Source: Clostridiales bacterium (GTDB taxonomy: Bacteria; Bacillota; Clostridia; Clostridiales; Clostridiaceae). Taken from it: a stretch of DNA of 64,000 bases. The stretch is from the NCBI GenBank assembly GCA_012520205.1, contig JAAYOT010000160.1:14213-78212 (forward strand). Reading direction: 5' to 3'. The notes beneath the pieces were generated by a model that searched no databases, was not told the origin of the DNA, and saw only the letters and a program-made list of their open reading frames with translations. Shown one piece after another: positions 37,316 through 47,679 of this stretch. The stretch's first letter is position 1. Every line of letters starts with the position of its first letter. The translations under genes and the position numbers were made by a program.

Positions 37316-39409
37316 ATGGGACAAAATCTTGTAATAGTGGAATCACCTGCAAAAGCAAAGACTATAGGAAAATATCTTGGAAAAAATTATATAGTCGAAG
37401 CATCAATGGGACATGTGAGAGATTTACCGAAAAGTAAATTAGGTGTAGATATCGAGGATAATTTTAACCCCAAGTATATTACTATTAGAGGTAAAGGCGA
37501 ATTACTTAATAAATTAAGAAAAGCTGCTAAAAAAGCAGATAAAATATATTTAGCAACTGACCCTGACCGTGAAGGGGAAGCGATATCATGGCATTTAGCA
37601 AATATATTAAAGATTGATGAAAATCAAAAATGCAGAATAGTATTTAATGAAGTAACTAAAAAAGCTGTTAAAGCATCTATTAAGGAAGCAAGAGAAATAA
37701 ATTTAAATTTAGTGGATGCCCAACAGGCAAGAAGAATAGTAGATAGATTAGTTGGTTATGAAATAAGCCCGATTTTATGGAAAAATGTAAAATGGGGATT
37801 AAGTGCAGGTAGAGTTCAGTCAGCTGCCTTAAAATTAATCTGTGATAGAGAAGAGGAAATTAAAAATTTTATTCCTAAGGAATATTGGACAGTAGATTGT
37901 ACTGCTGTTAAGGATAGAAAAAAGTTCCCAATAAGACTTAGTCAATATAAAAATAAAAAGATTGAAATAAATACTGAAGAAGAAAGTAATAAGATAATTG
38001 AAGAACTAAAAAATGGTGAGTTTGAAGTAACAAAGGTAAAGGAAGGAACAAGGATTAAAAATCCACTGGCACCTTTTACAACTAGTACCCTTCAACAAGA
38101 AGCATCTAAAAAATTAAATTTTATAACAAAAAGAACTATGTCAATAGCGCAGGTTTTATATGAAGGTGTTGAAGTTAAGGGACATGGAACTATAGGTCTT
38201 ATAACTTATATGAGAACAGACTCTGTAAGAATTTCAGATGAAGCTCAAGAAAAAGCTTTAGAATTTATTAAAGCTAATTTTGGTGAAGAATATGCTCCTA
38301 AAAATAAAAGAGTATATAAAACTAAGAAAAATACTCAGGATGCCCACGAAGCAATAAGGCCGACAGTAATAGAAATTACTCCTGAAATAGCAAAAAAATC
38401 TCTGACTCCTGAGCAGTATAAATTATATTCTTTAATTTGGAATAGATTTATGGCGAGCCAAATGGAATCCTGTGAATTAAAAACTAAAAGTATAGAAATA
38501 AAAAATGGAGATTATAAATTTAAGGCAAGCGGTTCTATGATTAACTTCGATGGATTCATGAAGATATATGAATATAACTCTGAAGAAGAAAAAGAAGATG
38601 TATCCCTGCCAAACTTAGAAGAAGGGGATAAACTTACAAAGGTTAATATAGAAGGAAAACAGCACTTCACTCAGCCGCCTGCTAGATATACGGAAGCTTC
38701 CTTTGTTAAACTTCTTGAAGAAAAGGGCATTGGAAGACCAAGTACCTATGTTCCAACCATAGCAACATTATTAAGCAGAGACTATGTTGTAAGAGAAAAG
38801 AAAAATCTTAAAGCAACAGAGCTTGGAACTATAGTTAATAATATAGTAAGTGAATATTTTAAAGAAATAGTGGATGTTGATTTTACAGCAGATATGGAAA
38901 GAAACTTAGACTATATAGAAGAAGGAAAAGAAGAGTGGAGAAAAATCGTAGGTGATTTTTATAAACCATTAAAAGTATCTCTTGATAGGGCGGAAAAAGA
39001 GATCTCTAAGGTTGTTATTGAAGATGAAGTCTCTGATGTCCCTTGTGATAAATGCGGTAGAATGATGGTTATTAAAAGAGGAAGATACGGAAAATTCTTA
39101 GCTTGCCCAGGTTACCCAGATTGTAAAAATGCAAAGCCAATAGTAGAAGAATTAGATGTACCTTGCCCTAAATGCGGTGGAAAGGTAGTAGGGAAAAGAA
39201 GTAAGAAGGGTAGAAAGTTCTTTGGATGTGGTAATTATCCAGATTGTGATTTTGTTAGCTGGAATGAACCTCTTAAAGAAAAATGTGAAAAATGTAATTC
39301 TTATATGGTCTTAAAATATAGCAAGACCAAAGGAAATTACGGACAATGCTCTAACCCTGAATGCAAAAATGAGATTTCTATAAGCAAAGAAAGTGAAAAT
39401 AATAACTAG
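37316..39409 (+). CDS. topA: DNA topoisomerase I
   Basis: ATG 37316 gives MGQNLVIVESPAKAKTIGKYLG (Toprim). An active-site Tyr region and three C-terminal CxxC...CxxxxC zinc ribbons are present. The ORF-track GTG 37283 adds 11 atypical residues. Confidence 0.95.
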   Translation: MGQNLVIVESPAKAKTIGKYLGKNYIVEASMGHVRDLPKSKLGVDIEDNFNPKYITIRGKGELLNKLRKAAKKADKIYLATDPDREGEAISWHLANILKIDENQKCRIVFNEVTKKAVKASIKEAREINLNLVDAQQARRIVDRLVGYEISPILWKNVKWGLSAGRVQSAALKLICDREEEIKNFIPKEYWTVDCTAVKDRKKFPIRLSQYKNKKIEINTEEESNKIIEELKNGEFEVTKVKEGTRIKNPLAPFTTSTLQQEASKKLNFITKRTMSIAQVLYEGVEVKGHGTIGLITYMRTDSVRISDEAQEKALEFIKANFGEEYAPKNKRVYKTKKNTQDAHEAIRPTVIEITPEIAKKSLTPEQYKLYSLIWNRFMASQMESCELKTKSIEIKNGDYKFKASGSMINFDGFMKIYEYNSEEEKEDVSLPNLEEGDKLTKVNIEGKQHFTQPPARYTEASFVKLLEEKGIGRPSTYVPTIATLLSRDYVVREKKNLKATELGTIVNNIVSEYFKEIVDVDFTADMERNLDYIEEGKEEWRKIVGDFYKPLKVSLDRAEKEISKVVIEDEVSDVPCDKCGRMMVIKRGRYGKFLACPGYPDCKNAKPIVEELDVPCPKCGGKVVGKRSKKGRKFFGCGNYPDCDFVSWNEPLKEKCEKCNSYMVLKYSKTKGNYGQCSNPECKNEISISKESENNN

Positions 39410-39435
39410 TAGTTGTCTAATAAGAGAAAAAATTG

Positions 39436-39464
39436 TTGAAAATAGGGAATGGTTATGATATTCT
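39436..39464 (+). promoter_or_regulatory. candidate promoter for codY
   Basis: TTGAAA - 17 nt - TATTCT with a TG extension. This is a weak call in AT-rich DNA. Confidence 0.3.
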
Positions 39465-39506
39465 TTAATAAAGAATCAAATTTTTTTGAATATTTAATTA
39501 ATTTTG

Positions 39507-39521
39507 AATATTCAAAAAATT
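39507..39521. promoter_or_regulatory. CodY-box-like operator directly upstream of codY
   Basis: AATATTCAAAAAATT matches AATTTTCWGAAAATT at 13 of 15 positions. It overlaps a perfect 16-bp palindrome, TTTTGAATATTCAAAA (39502-39517). Confidence 0.45.
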
Positions 39522-39546
39522 GATTGTATTTATAGGAGGAGATGGA

Positions 39547-40317
39547 ATGTCATCACTATTAGACAAAACTAGAAAGCTTAATAGAATATTACAAAAATCC
39601 GGTACGGACCCTGTAGCTTTTGAAGATATATGCTCTATTTTAAGTGAAGTTTTAGCATGTAATGTATATGTAACTAGTAGAAGAGGAAAGATAATAGGAT
39701 ATACATTTGTAAAAGACTTTGAATGCGATATTATGAAAAACTATGTAGTAAGCGAAAAAAGATTTCCAATGAGCTATAATGATAGTTTGCTAAATATTAA
39801 TGAAAGTATTGCTAATCTAAAAAATAAAGGTGAATGTGTCTTTAAAGGTGAGGGCCATTGTATTATAGATAATAAGATAACTACAATTGTTCCTATAATA
39901 GGAAATAGAGAAAGGCTTGGAACCTTAATCCTTGCAAGATTTGATAAGGACTTTACAGAAGAAGATTTAGTTTTAGCAGAATATAGTGCAACTGTAGTTG
40001 GCATGGAAATACTAAGATCAAAACAAGATGAAATTGAAGAGGAAGCGAGAAAAAAAGCTGTTGTAGAATTAGCAATCGGTACTCTTTCCTATTCAGAACG
40101 TGAAGCTATTTTACATATTTTTGATGAGTTAGACGGAAACGAAGGTTTATTAGTAGCTTCTAAAATAGCAGACAAAGTTGGAATTACTAGGAGTGTTATT
40201 GTAAATGCACTTAGGAAATTTGAAAGTGCTGGAGTTATTGAGTCTAGATCCCTTGGAATGAAGGGAACTCATATTAAAATATTAAATGACAAGCTTTTAG
40301 AGGAATTAAAAAAATAA
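39547..40317 (+). CDS. codY: GTP/BCAA-sensing global transcriptional regulator CodY
   Basis: ATG 39547 follows AGGAGGAG. The product [16 protein letters not shown]... has a GAF domain and a C-terminal wHTH ([21 protein letters not shown]). Confidence 0.96.
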   Translation: MSSLLDKTRKLNRILQKSGTDPVAFEDICSILSEVLACNVYVTSRRGKIIGYTFVKDFECDIMKNYVVSEKRFPMSYNDSLLNINESIANLKNKGECVFKGEGHCIIDNKITTIVPIIGNRERLGTLILARFDKDFTEEDLVLAEYSATVVGMEILRSKQDEIEEEARKKAVVELAIGTLSYSEREAILHIFDELDGNEGLLVASKIADKVGITRSVIVNALRKFESAGVIESRSLGMKGTHIKILNDKLLEELKK

Positions 40318-40330
40318 AATAGCATAAATT

Positions 40331-40360
40331 AAAGATGTCAATTTATATTGGCATCTTTTT
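40331..40360 (+). terminator. intrinsic terminator after codY
   Basis: AAAGATGTCAAT-TTAT-ATTGGCATCTTT followed by TT. Confidence 0.75.
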
Positions 40361-40401
40361 GTATGAAAAATTAAAATTGAAGTATTTTGGTAAAAAAAAT
40401 G

Positions 40402-40430
40402 TTGCCACCATAATTAGGTTATGTTATACT
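40402..40430 (+). promoter_or_regulatory. candidate sigma-A promoter for rpsB-tsf
   Basis: TTGCCA - 17 nt - TATACT with a TGn extension. A leader of about 100 nt follows. Confidence 0.55.
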
Positions 40431-40533
40431 AACTAAGGTAATAAAATACACACAATATCAGATTTGTAAAGATGGTGCCTTTTAAAGGAAGCTTTATAAG
40501 AAGATATTGGAGGAAAAACCAGGAGGTAAGAAA

Positions 40534-41235
40534 ATGTCAGTAATATCAATGAAACAATTATTAGAAGCAGGTGTACATTTTGGACACCAAACAAGAAGAT
40601 GGAACCCTAAAATGGCTCCTTATATATTCACAGAAAGAAATGGAATATATATAATCGACCTACAAAAAACAGTTAAAAAGGTAGATGAAGCTTATAACTT
40701 CATTAAAGAAGTTGCAGCTGAAGGAAAAGAAATATTATTTGTAGGTACTAAAAAGCAAGCTCAAGAAGCTATTGAAGAAGAAGCTATAAGATCAAATATG
40801 CACTTCGTTAATAATAGATGGTTAGGTGGAATGTTAACAAATTTCACTACTATAAAAACTAGAATCAATAGACTTGGAGCATTAAAGAAAATGGAAGAAG
40901 ATGGAACGTTCGAAGTTCTTCCTAAGAAAGAAGTTGCTCAATTAAGAAACGAAATGGAAAAACTAGAAAAGAACTTAGGTGGAATAAAGAACTTAGATGC
41001 TAATAACATAGGAGCTATGTTCGTTGTTGACCCAAGAAAAGAAAAAAATGCAATTTCAGAAGCTAAGATTTTAGGAATCCCTGTTGTTGGTATCGTAGAT
41101 ACTAACTGTGACCCTGAAGAAGTAGATTATGTAATTCCAGGAAATGATGATGCTATAAGAGCTGTTAAATTAATAACTGCTAAAATAGCTGATGGAATTA
41201 TCGAAGGAAGACAAGGCGAACAATTAGCTGAATAA
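40534..41235 (+). CDS. rpsB: 30S ribosomal protein S2
   Basis: ATG 40534 follows AGGAGGT. The product begins [27 protein letters not shown]. Confidence 0.96.
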   Translation: MSVISMKQLLEAGVHFGHQTRRWNPKMAPYIFTERNGIYIIDLQKTVKKVDEAYNFIKEVAAEGKEILFVGTKKQAQEAIEEEAIRSNMHFVNNRWLGGMLTNFTTIKTRINRLGALKKMEEDGTFEVLPKKEVAQLRNEMEKLEKNLGGIKNLDANNIGAMFVVDPRKEKNAISEAKILGIPVVGIVDTNCDPEEVDYVIPGNDDAIRAVKLITAKIADGIIEGRQGEQLAE

Positions 41236-41242
41236 AAATATA

Positions 41243-41274
41243 AAAAGGTAGGTGAGACTTCTCATTTACCTTTT
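41243..41274 (+). terminator. hairpin between rpsB and tsf (partial terminator/attenuator)
   Basis: 14-bp stem including two G-U pairs, with loop ACTT. The U-tract is only the four Us inside the stem. Confidence 0.45.
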
Positions 41275-41319
41275 AACCTAAATAATAAGGTTTACAAAAA
41301 GTTAGGAGGAATATACATT

Positions 41320-42231
41320 ATGGTAACTGCTAAATCAGTTAAAGAATTAAGAGAAAAAACTGGTGCAGGAATGATGGACTGCAAGAAGGCTTTAACAGAA
41401 GCTAATGGAGATATGGAAAAGGCTGTTGAAATATTAAGAGAAAAGGGATTAGCTGCTGCTGCTAAAAAAGCTGGAAGAGTAGCTGCTGAAGGTCTTGTAA
41501 AAACTTATATATCAGAAGATGGAAAAACAGCTGGAATTGTTGAATTAAACTGTGAAACAGATTTCGTTGCAGCAAATGAAGAATTTATTGCTGTTGCTGA
41601 TAGAATAGCAGAAATAGCTTCAAAAACTTCTGCAACAACTGTAGAAGAACTTGTTAACGAAAAGTATGATGACAACAATACAATTCAAGAAACTTTAACA
41701 GCTTTAATTGCAAAATTAGGCGAAAATATGACTTTAAGAAGATTCGAAAAATTCTCAGTTGAAAAAGGATTAATAGAAAGTTATATCCATGGCGGTGGAA
41801 GAATTGGAGTTATTGTTGAATTAGGTTCTGATTCTAATAATACTGCAGTGTTAAAGGAAGTAGCAAAAGATGTTTGTATGCAAGTTGCTGCTGCAAATCC
41901 ATTATTCTTAAGTGAAAATGATGTAGATCAAACTGCTTTAGAAAAAGAAAAAGAAATATACAGAGTTCAAGCTTTAAATGAAGGAAAACCAGAAAAGATA
42001 ATAGATAAAATGGTAAATGGTAGAATCCAAAAATACTTTAAAGAAGTATGTCTTTTAAATCAAGCTTGGGTTAAAGATGGAGATAAGAGCATAAGCAAAT
42101 ACCTTCAAGAAAAATCAAAGGAAGTTGGTTCTCCTATAACAGTTAACAGATATGTAAGATTCGAAAGAGGAGAAGGTATCGAAAAGGCTGAAGATAACTT
42201 CGCTGATGAAGTAGCTAAGATGACTAAGTAA
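41320..42231 (+). CDS. tsf: translation elongation factor Ts
   Basis: 303 aa with [19 protein letters not shown]. Confidence 0.97.
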   Translation: MVTAKSVKELREKTGAGMMDCKKALTEANGDMEKAVEILREKGLAAAAKKAGRVAAEGLVKTYISEDGKTAGIVELNCETDFVAANEEFIAVADRIAEIASKTSATTVEELVNEKYDDNNTIQETLTALIAKLGENMTLRRFEKFSVEKGLIESYIHGGGRIGVIVELGSDSNNTAVLKEVAKDVCMQVAAANPLFLSENDVDQTALEKEKEIYRVQALNEGKPEKIIDKMVNGRIQKYFKEVCLLNQAWVKDGDKSISKYLQEKSKEVGSPITVNRYVRFERGEGIEKAEDNFADEVAKMTK

Positions 42232-42234
42232 TAC

Positions 42235-42264
42235 AAAGGAGGACACATTGTGTTCTCCTTTTTT
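42235..42264 (+). terminator. intrinsic terminator after tsf
   Basis: AAAGGAGGACAC-ATT-GTGTTCTCCTTT followed by TTT. Confidence 0.8.
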
Positions 42265-42302
42265 ACAGGAGATGCCAAATTTATATTGTGGAGGTACTAA
42301 GA

Positions 42303-43019
42303 ATGGGAAAAAGTGAATATAAAAGAGTAATACTTAAAATTTCGGGAGAAGCTTTAGCAGGAAAGAATGGATTTGGATTCGATTTTGATGTAGTTAAAAG
42401 AATTGCACTAGAAATTAAAGAACTAATTGCTATGAATTTAGAAGTTGGATTAGTAGTTGGTGGCGGAAATATCTGGAGAGGTAGAAGCGGAGAAGGCATG
42501 GATAGAGCACAAGCTGACTATATGGGAATGTTAGCAACTTGTATTAATGCTTTAGCCCTACAAGATTCTTTAGAACAAAATGGCGTAAAAACAAGAGTTC
42601 AAACTGCTATAGAAATGAGAGAAATTGCAGAACCTTTTATTAGAAGAAGAGCTGTAAGACATTTTGAAAAGGGAAGAGTTGTAATATTTGCAGCTGGTAC
42701 AGGAAATCCGTATTTTTCAACTGATACTACTGCCGCTTTAAGAGCTGCTGAAATAGAAGCAGACGTTATTTTATTAGCAAAAAAAGTAGATGGAGTTTAT
42801 GATAAGGATCCAAATAAGTATTCAGATGCTAAAAAGTATGATACATTAAATTATATTGAAGTTTTAGATCAAGGATTACAAGTAATGGATTCCACAGCTA
42901 CTTCATTATGTATGGATAATAATATTCCAATCTTAGTATTTGGATTAGATACACCAGGAAATATTATAAGAGCTGTTTCTGGGGAAAAAATTGGTACATT
43001 AGTTTCAAGTATAAAATAG
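42303..43019 (+). CDS. pyrH: UMP kinase
   Basis: ATG 42303 follows GGAGGT. The product begins [18 protein letters not shown] and contains GGGNIWRG. Confidence 0.96.
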   Translation: MGKSEYKRVILKISGEALAGKNGFGFDFDVVKRIALEIKELIAMNLEVGLVVGGGNIWRGRSGEGMDRAQADYMGMLATCINALALQDSLEQNGVKTRVQTAIEMREIAEPFIRRRAVRHFEKGRVVIFAAGTGNPYFSTDTTAALRAAEIEADVILLAKKVDGVYDKDPNKYSDAKKYDTLNYIEVLDQGLQVMDSTATSLCMDNNIPILVFGLDTPGNIIRAVSGEKIGTLVSSIK

Positions 43020-43029
43020 GGAGGTTTAT

Positions 43030-43587
43030 ATGATTAAAGATATAACTCAAAAATTAGAAGAGAAAATGCAAAAGACAATATCTGTATTAAAAAGGGATTT
43101 ATCAACTATGAAAGCTGGTAGAGCAAACCCTACTATGCTTGACAGAATACAAGTAAATTATTATGGCAGTCCTTGTCCTTTGAATCAAGTTGCAAACATA
43201 TCTGCACCAGAGCCAAGAGTACTAGCAATATCTCCATGGGAAAAATCTTTAATTAAAGAAATTGAAAAAGCAATATTAACTTCAGATCTTGGAATAAATC
43301 CTTCAAATGATGGTAATGTTATAAGATTAGTAGTTCCTGAATTAACTGAAGAAACAAGAAGAAACTTAGTAAAAGCTGTTAAAAAGACAGGAGAAGAATC
43401 AAAAATTGCCATAAGAGCCATTAGAAAAGAAGCAAATGATAAAATTAAAGCTCTTAAAAAGGATGGAGAAATTTCAGAAGATGAGTTAAAATCTGCTGAA
43501 GAAAAAGTACAAAAAATAACTGATTCATTTGTTAAAGAAATAGATGGAATAGTTTTATCTAAGGAAAAAGAGATAATGTCTATATAA
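43030..43587 (+). CDS. frr: ribosome recycling factor
   Basis: 185 aa matching the RRF pattern ([17 protein letters not shown]). Confidence 0.96.
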   Translation: MIKDITQKLEEKMQKTISVLKRDLSTMKAGRANPTMLDRIQVNYYGSPCPLNQVANISAPEPRVLAISPWEKSLIKEIEKAILTSDLGINPSNDGNVIRLVVPELTEETRRNLVKAVKKTGEESKIAIRAIRKEANDKIKALKKDGEISEDELKSAEEKVQKITDSFVKEIDGIVLSKEKEIMSI

Positions 43588-43609
43588 ACCTGCTCTTTAG
43601 CGGGTTTTT
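43586..43609 (+). terminator. terminator-like hairpin after frr
   Basis: AAACCTGC-TCTTTA-GCGGGTTT followed by TT. Confidence 0.6.
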
Positions 43610-43639
43610 CCTTATTTAATAATGGAGGGTGAAGGAAGT

Positions 43640-44389
43640 ATGATAGGATCCTTTATAAAGAAAAAGAAAACAGAAATAATTTTAGATAAAGACAATATTC
43701 CTGAACATATAGCAATAATAATGGATGGAAATGGGAGATGGGCCAAAAAAAGAAATCTTCCAAGAACAATGGGACATAGGGCAGGAGTAGAGGCTATTAG
43801 AAGGATTCTTAAAGAAGCAAATAAAATTGGAGTTAAGTATCTAACCCTTTATGCTTTTTCAACTGAAAACTGGAAAAGGCCTAAGGAGGAAGTTTCTGCT
43901 TTAATGAACCTTTTAGTAGAATACTTAAAAAAGGAACTAGAGGAATTAAATAAGAATGGAGTAGTTATAAGAATATCTGGAGATATTACAAAACTGCCCC
44001 AAAATGCAGAAAATGAGATAACAAAGGCTGTTAATACTACTAAGGATAATAAAGGTCTTGTTCTAAATTTAGCTTTTAATTACGGTGGAAGAGATGAAAT
44101 TTTAAGAGCGGTAAAGGATATAGCAGAAGACTATAAAGATAACAAGATAAAATCGGATGAAATAACTGAAAAAACTTTTTCTAGTTATCTATATACATAT
44201 GATATACCTGATCCAGATCTAATAATTAGACCTTCTGGAGAACAAAGAATTAGCAACTTCTTATTGTGGCAGTGTGCTTATTCAGAATTTTGGTATTCAG
44301 ATATATGTTGGCCAGATTTTAAAGAGGAACACTTACATAAGGCCATTTATGATTTCCAACATAGAAATAGAAGATATGGTGGAATATAA
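43640..44389 (+). CDS. uppS: isoprenyl transferase (undecaprenyl diphosphate synthase)
   Basis: HIAIIMDGNGRWA ... FSTENWKRP ... RPSGEQRISNFLLWQ. ATG 43640 follows GGAGGGTGAAGG. ATG 43622 is an alternative start that lacks an SD. Confidence 0.94.
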   Translation: MIGSFIKKKKTEIILDKDNIPEHIAIIMDGNGRWAKKRNLPRTMGHRAGVEAIRRILKEANKIGVKYLTLYAFSTENWKRPKEEVSALMNLLVEYLKKELEELNKNGVVIRISGDITKLPQNAENEITKAVNTTKDNKGLVLNLAFNYGGRDEILRAVKDIAEDYKDNKIKSDEITEKTFSSYLYTYDIPDPDLIIRPSGEQRISNFLLWQCAYSEFWYSDICWPDFKEEHLHKAIYDFQHRNRRYGGI

Positions 44390-44407
44390 TAGTTTAGAGG
44401 TGTGGTA

Positions 44408-45202
44408 ATGAAAAAAAATAGTAGGTATTTTGGGGCTTTAGTAATGGCGCCCTTTATAATTTTTCTTTTCTTAGGAGGGGTTTGGTTAAAGTCTATTACT
44501 TTTATTGTTTCCTTTTTGGGTTTATATGAAATTTATAATGCTTTAAAAGAAAAGAAGTTTAATCCTATACCTTTAGCCGGATACATTTTATTAGTGATTT
44601 ATTACTTAATGAATAATAATATTGAGAAATTTGTATATGTACTTTTATTAATTTCAATCTTATTATTAATAGTTCCTATAATAAATTTAAAATATAATTT
44701 TATAGATTCAGCACTGACTGTATTAGGTTTTATTTATGTAGGAATTTTGTTTAGCTTTATTCCTATTATTAGCAGCAAGCCAAATGGTAATTTTTTAATT
44801 TGGTTAATATTTATTGGCTCATGGGTTTCTGATACCCTTGCCTATTATTCAGGAAAATATTTTGGAAGACAAAAATTGTGTCCAGAAATAAGTCCAAATA
44901 AAACAATTGCTGGATCCATAGGAGGCTTTTTAGGAAGTACTATCGGTTGCGGAATTTTTGGTATAATTATGATTAATAAGATAGCAAATGTAAATTTGAT
45001 AGACTTTATATTAATAGGGGCCTTATGTGGAATTATGGGACAGCTTGGTGATTTGGTAGCTTCATCTATTAAAAGATATGTAGGTATAAAGGATTATGGA
45101 AATTTAATACCAGGTCATGGTGGAATACTAGATAGATTTGATTCTATTTTGTTTAATTCACTTGTAGTATTTTATTATTTAACATTTATAGTTGGAATTT
45201 AA
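44408..45202 (+). CDS. cdsA: phosphatidate cytidylyltransferase
   Basis: Polytopic membrane protein with the C-terminal signature SSIKRYVGIKDYGNLIPGHGGILDRFDS. Confidence 0.94.
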   Translation: MKKNSRYFGALVMAPFIIFLFLGGVWLKSITFIVSFLGLYEIYNALKEKKFNPIPLAGYILLVIYYLMNNNIEKFVYVLLLISILLLIVPIINLKYNFIDSALTVLGFIYVGILFSFIPIISSKPNGNFLIWLIFIGSWVSDTLAYYSGKYFGRQKLCPEISPNKTIAGSIGGFLGSTIGCGIFGIIMINKIANVNLIDFILIGALCGIMGQLGDLVASSIKRYVGIKDYGNLIPGHGGILDRFDSILFNSLVVFYYLTFIVGI

Positions 45203-45225
45203 ATATTTATTATAAGAAGTTAAAA

Positions 45226-45281
45226 ATAGCAGATGAAATGGAATTTAAAAAATGAAATTCCCTTTCAGCTGTTATTTTTTA
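45226..45281 (+). terminator. long-stem intrinsic terminator after cdsA
   Basis: About 21-bp stem (two mismatches, one G-U) with an 8-nt loop, followed by TTTTTT. Confidence 0.75.
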
Positions 45282-45476
45282 TTATTTTACTCTAAAACTT
45301 ATTTATATTAATAATTTAATAAAATATTTTCCAGTGAGAATAATTGTTTTTATAGTAATAATAATATAAAATAAAATAATAAAGAAAAACTTATATGTAA
45401 AATATTTTATTTTTCTTTATTTAATAAATCTTACTAAGAGATAAGTTTATATATGTACTTAAATTAGGAGGCAAAA

Positions 45477-46637
45477 ATGAAGAGTATTTCAATTTTAGGA
45501 GCAACAGGCTCAATAGGAATCCAAACCTTAGATGTAATAAGAAATTCTAATCAAGAAATTAACTTAGTTGGGGTAAGTGCAAATACATCTGTAAACAAGA
45601 TGAAGGAAATAATTAAAGAATTTATGCCTAAATATGTTGCTATGATGGATAGAAAAGCTGCTGAGGACATAAAATCTTATTGTATAGAAAATAACCTTAA
45701 TATAGAAGTTTATTCAGAAATTGAAGGGTTAGAAAAAATTGCTTCTTTAGAAGAAATAGATATGGTTGTAACCTCTGTTGTTGGAATGATTGGTCTTAGA
45801 CCTACAATCAAGGCAATAGAAGCAAAAAAGGATATAGCTTTAGCTAATAAGGAAACACTAGTAGTTGCAGGAGAACTTATTATAGAAAAGGCAAAGGAAA
45901 ATAAAATTAATATATATCCAGTAGATTCAGAACATAGTGCAATATTCCAAGCTCTAAGTGGATATAAAACAGAAGATATTAATAAAATTATCTTAACTGC
46001 TTCAGGAGGGCCCTTTAGGGGAAAAGATACTGAGTATTTAAAAAATGTTACAGTTCAAGATGCCTTAAATCATCCAAAATGGGATATGGGGAAGAAAATT
46101 TCTATAGATTCAGCAACTTTAATGAACAAGGGATTAGAAGTAATAGAAGCCCATTATTTATTTGATTGTCCTTATGAAAATATAGAAGTAGTTGTTCACC
46201 CTCAAAGTATTATTCATTCAATGGTTGAATATAAAGATGCAAGTGTTATTGCACAGCTTGGATCTACAGATATGAGGCTGCCAATACAATATGCCTTAAA
46301 TAAAAAGGAAAGAAAGAATCCTATTGCTAAAAAACTTAATTTTTATGAAATTAGTGAGCTTACCTTTGAAAAGCCAGATATGGAAACTTTCAAGTGTCTA
46401 AAGCTGGCATATAAGGCTGGAAAAGAAGGAGGCCTTGCTCCCTGTATATTAAATGGTGCAAATGAAGAGGCTGTTGCATTATTATTAGAAGAAAAAATAA
46501 AATTTATTGAAATTCCAAGTATAATAGAAAAAACATTAGAAAACTTTAAGGAAGAAAAAAGAAAGGAGCTTACTTTAGAGAATATATTAGAAACTGATAA
46601 GGAAGTAAGAAAATATGTAAGGGATAATTGGAATTAG
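45477..46637 (+). CDS. dxr: 1-deoxy-D-xylulose 5-phosphate reductoisomerase
   Basis: 386 aa with ILGATGSIG, LANKE and DSEHSAIFQ. Confidence 0.96.
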   Translation: MKSISILGATGSIGIQTLDVIRNSNQEINLVGVSANTSVNKMKEIIKEFMPKYVAMMDRKAAEDIKSYCIENNLNIEVYSEIEGLEKIASLEEIDMVVTSVVGMIGLRPTIKAIEAKKDIALANKETLVVAGELIIEKAKENKINIYPVDSEHSAIFQALSGYKTEDINKIILTASGGPFRGKDTEYLKNVTVQDALNHPKWDMGKKISIDSATLMNKGLEVIEAHYLFDCPYENIEVVVHPQSIIHSMVEYKDASVIAQLGSTDMRLPIQYALNKKERKNPIAKKLNFYEISELTFEKPDMETFKCLKLAYKAGKEGGLAPCILNGANEEAVALLLEEKIKFIEIPSIIEKTLENFKEEKRKELTLENILETDKEVRKYVRDNWN

Positions 46638-46648
46638 GAGGAAGTATA

Positions 46649-47668
46649 TTGTATATAATTTATGCGCTAATTGGATTTGGTTTACTTATCATTGTTCATG
46701 AACTTGGACATTTTATTATGGCAAAGGTTAATGGAATTAAAGTTGAAGAATTTTCTATAGGAATGGGACCTAAAATCCTTTCTACCCAGGGAAAGGAAAC
46801 AAAGTATTCCTTAGGTTTGTTTCCTATAGGAGGATATGTTAAAATGCTAGGTGAGGAAGAAGAAGTACAGGATGAAAGAAGTTTTTCATCAAAGCCTCCT
46901 TTAAGAAGAATAAGTGTAATAATAGCAGGTTCTGCTATGAATTTCTTATTTGCAGTACTAATGTACACAATTTTTTTAAATAAATTTGGATATAGTTTGC
47001 CAGTGGTAGATGGTCTTATAGAAAATTCTCCCGCTATGGAAGCAGGTCTTCAAGTAGGAGATAAGTTTTTAGAAGCTAATGGTAATAAAGTTTTTGCTTC
47101 AGATGACATACAAATTGCTATAGGAATGGCAAAGGACAATCCAGTAGATTTTTTAATAGAAAGAAATGGGGAAAAGTATGAATATACCATAACTCCAGAA
47201 TTAGTTAAAGATGATTATGGCGAAAGATATATGATAGGTTTTAGCTTTAAATTAGTAGATGAACCAAGTATCTTCGAGAGTTTTAAACATAGTTTCAATA
47301 AAACTGTTTCAGCAGTAAGTCAAACATTTACAGGACTAAAGATGATGATTACTGGAAGATTAAATTTAAAAACAGATGTTGGAGGCCCAGTATCTATAAT
47401 TCGAATGTCCAGTGCGGCAGCTGAAAATGGAATTTGGAATTTAATTAACTTTTTAGCTTATATAAGCATAAACTTAGCAGTTATGAATATGATGCCTTTC
47501 CCAGCCTTAGATGGTGGATGGACAGTAATATTATTAATTGAGTTAATTACAAGAAGAAAAGTTCCAGAAAAAATAGTTGGAGCGATAAACTATCTTGGAA
47601 TTATGTTTTTATTTGGAGTTATGATCTTAGTAACTATAAAGGATATACTATTCCCTATAAGTTTATAG
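46649..47668 (+). CDS. rseP: RIP (site-2) zinc metalloprotease RseP/RasP
   Basis: HELGH motif, PDZ domain, and C-terminal [11 protein letters not shown]-like motif. The probable TTG start at 46649 lies 6 nt after AGGAGGA. Confidence 0.93.
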   Translation: MYIIYALIGFGLLIIVHELGHFIMAKVNGIKVEEFSIGMGPKILSTQGKETKYSLGLFPIGGYVKMLGEEEEVQDERSFSSKPPLRRISVIIAGSAMNFLFAVLMYTIFLNKFGYSLPVVDGLIENSPAMEAGLQVGDKFLEANGNKVFASDDIQIAIGMAKDNPVDFLIERNGEKYEYTITPELVKDDYGERYMIGFSFKLVDEPSIFESFKHSFNKTVSAVSQTFTGLKMMITGRLNLKTDVGGPVSIIRMSSAAAENGIWNLINFLAYISINLAVMNMMPFPALDGGWTVILLIELITRRKVPEKIVGAINYLGIMFLFGVMILVTIKDILFPISL

Positions 47669-47679
47669 GAGAGACATAT

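Noticed and set aside
45378-45421. 12-bp inverted repeat AATAAAGAAAAA / TTTTTCTTTATT in the cdsA-dxr spacer.
   Set aside because: The stem is almost pure A-U with a single G-C pair, and the loop is 20 nt. It would be thermodynamically marginal and is easily produced by chance in this composition.
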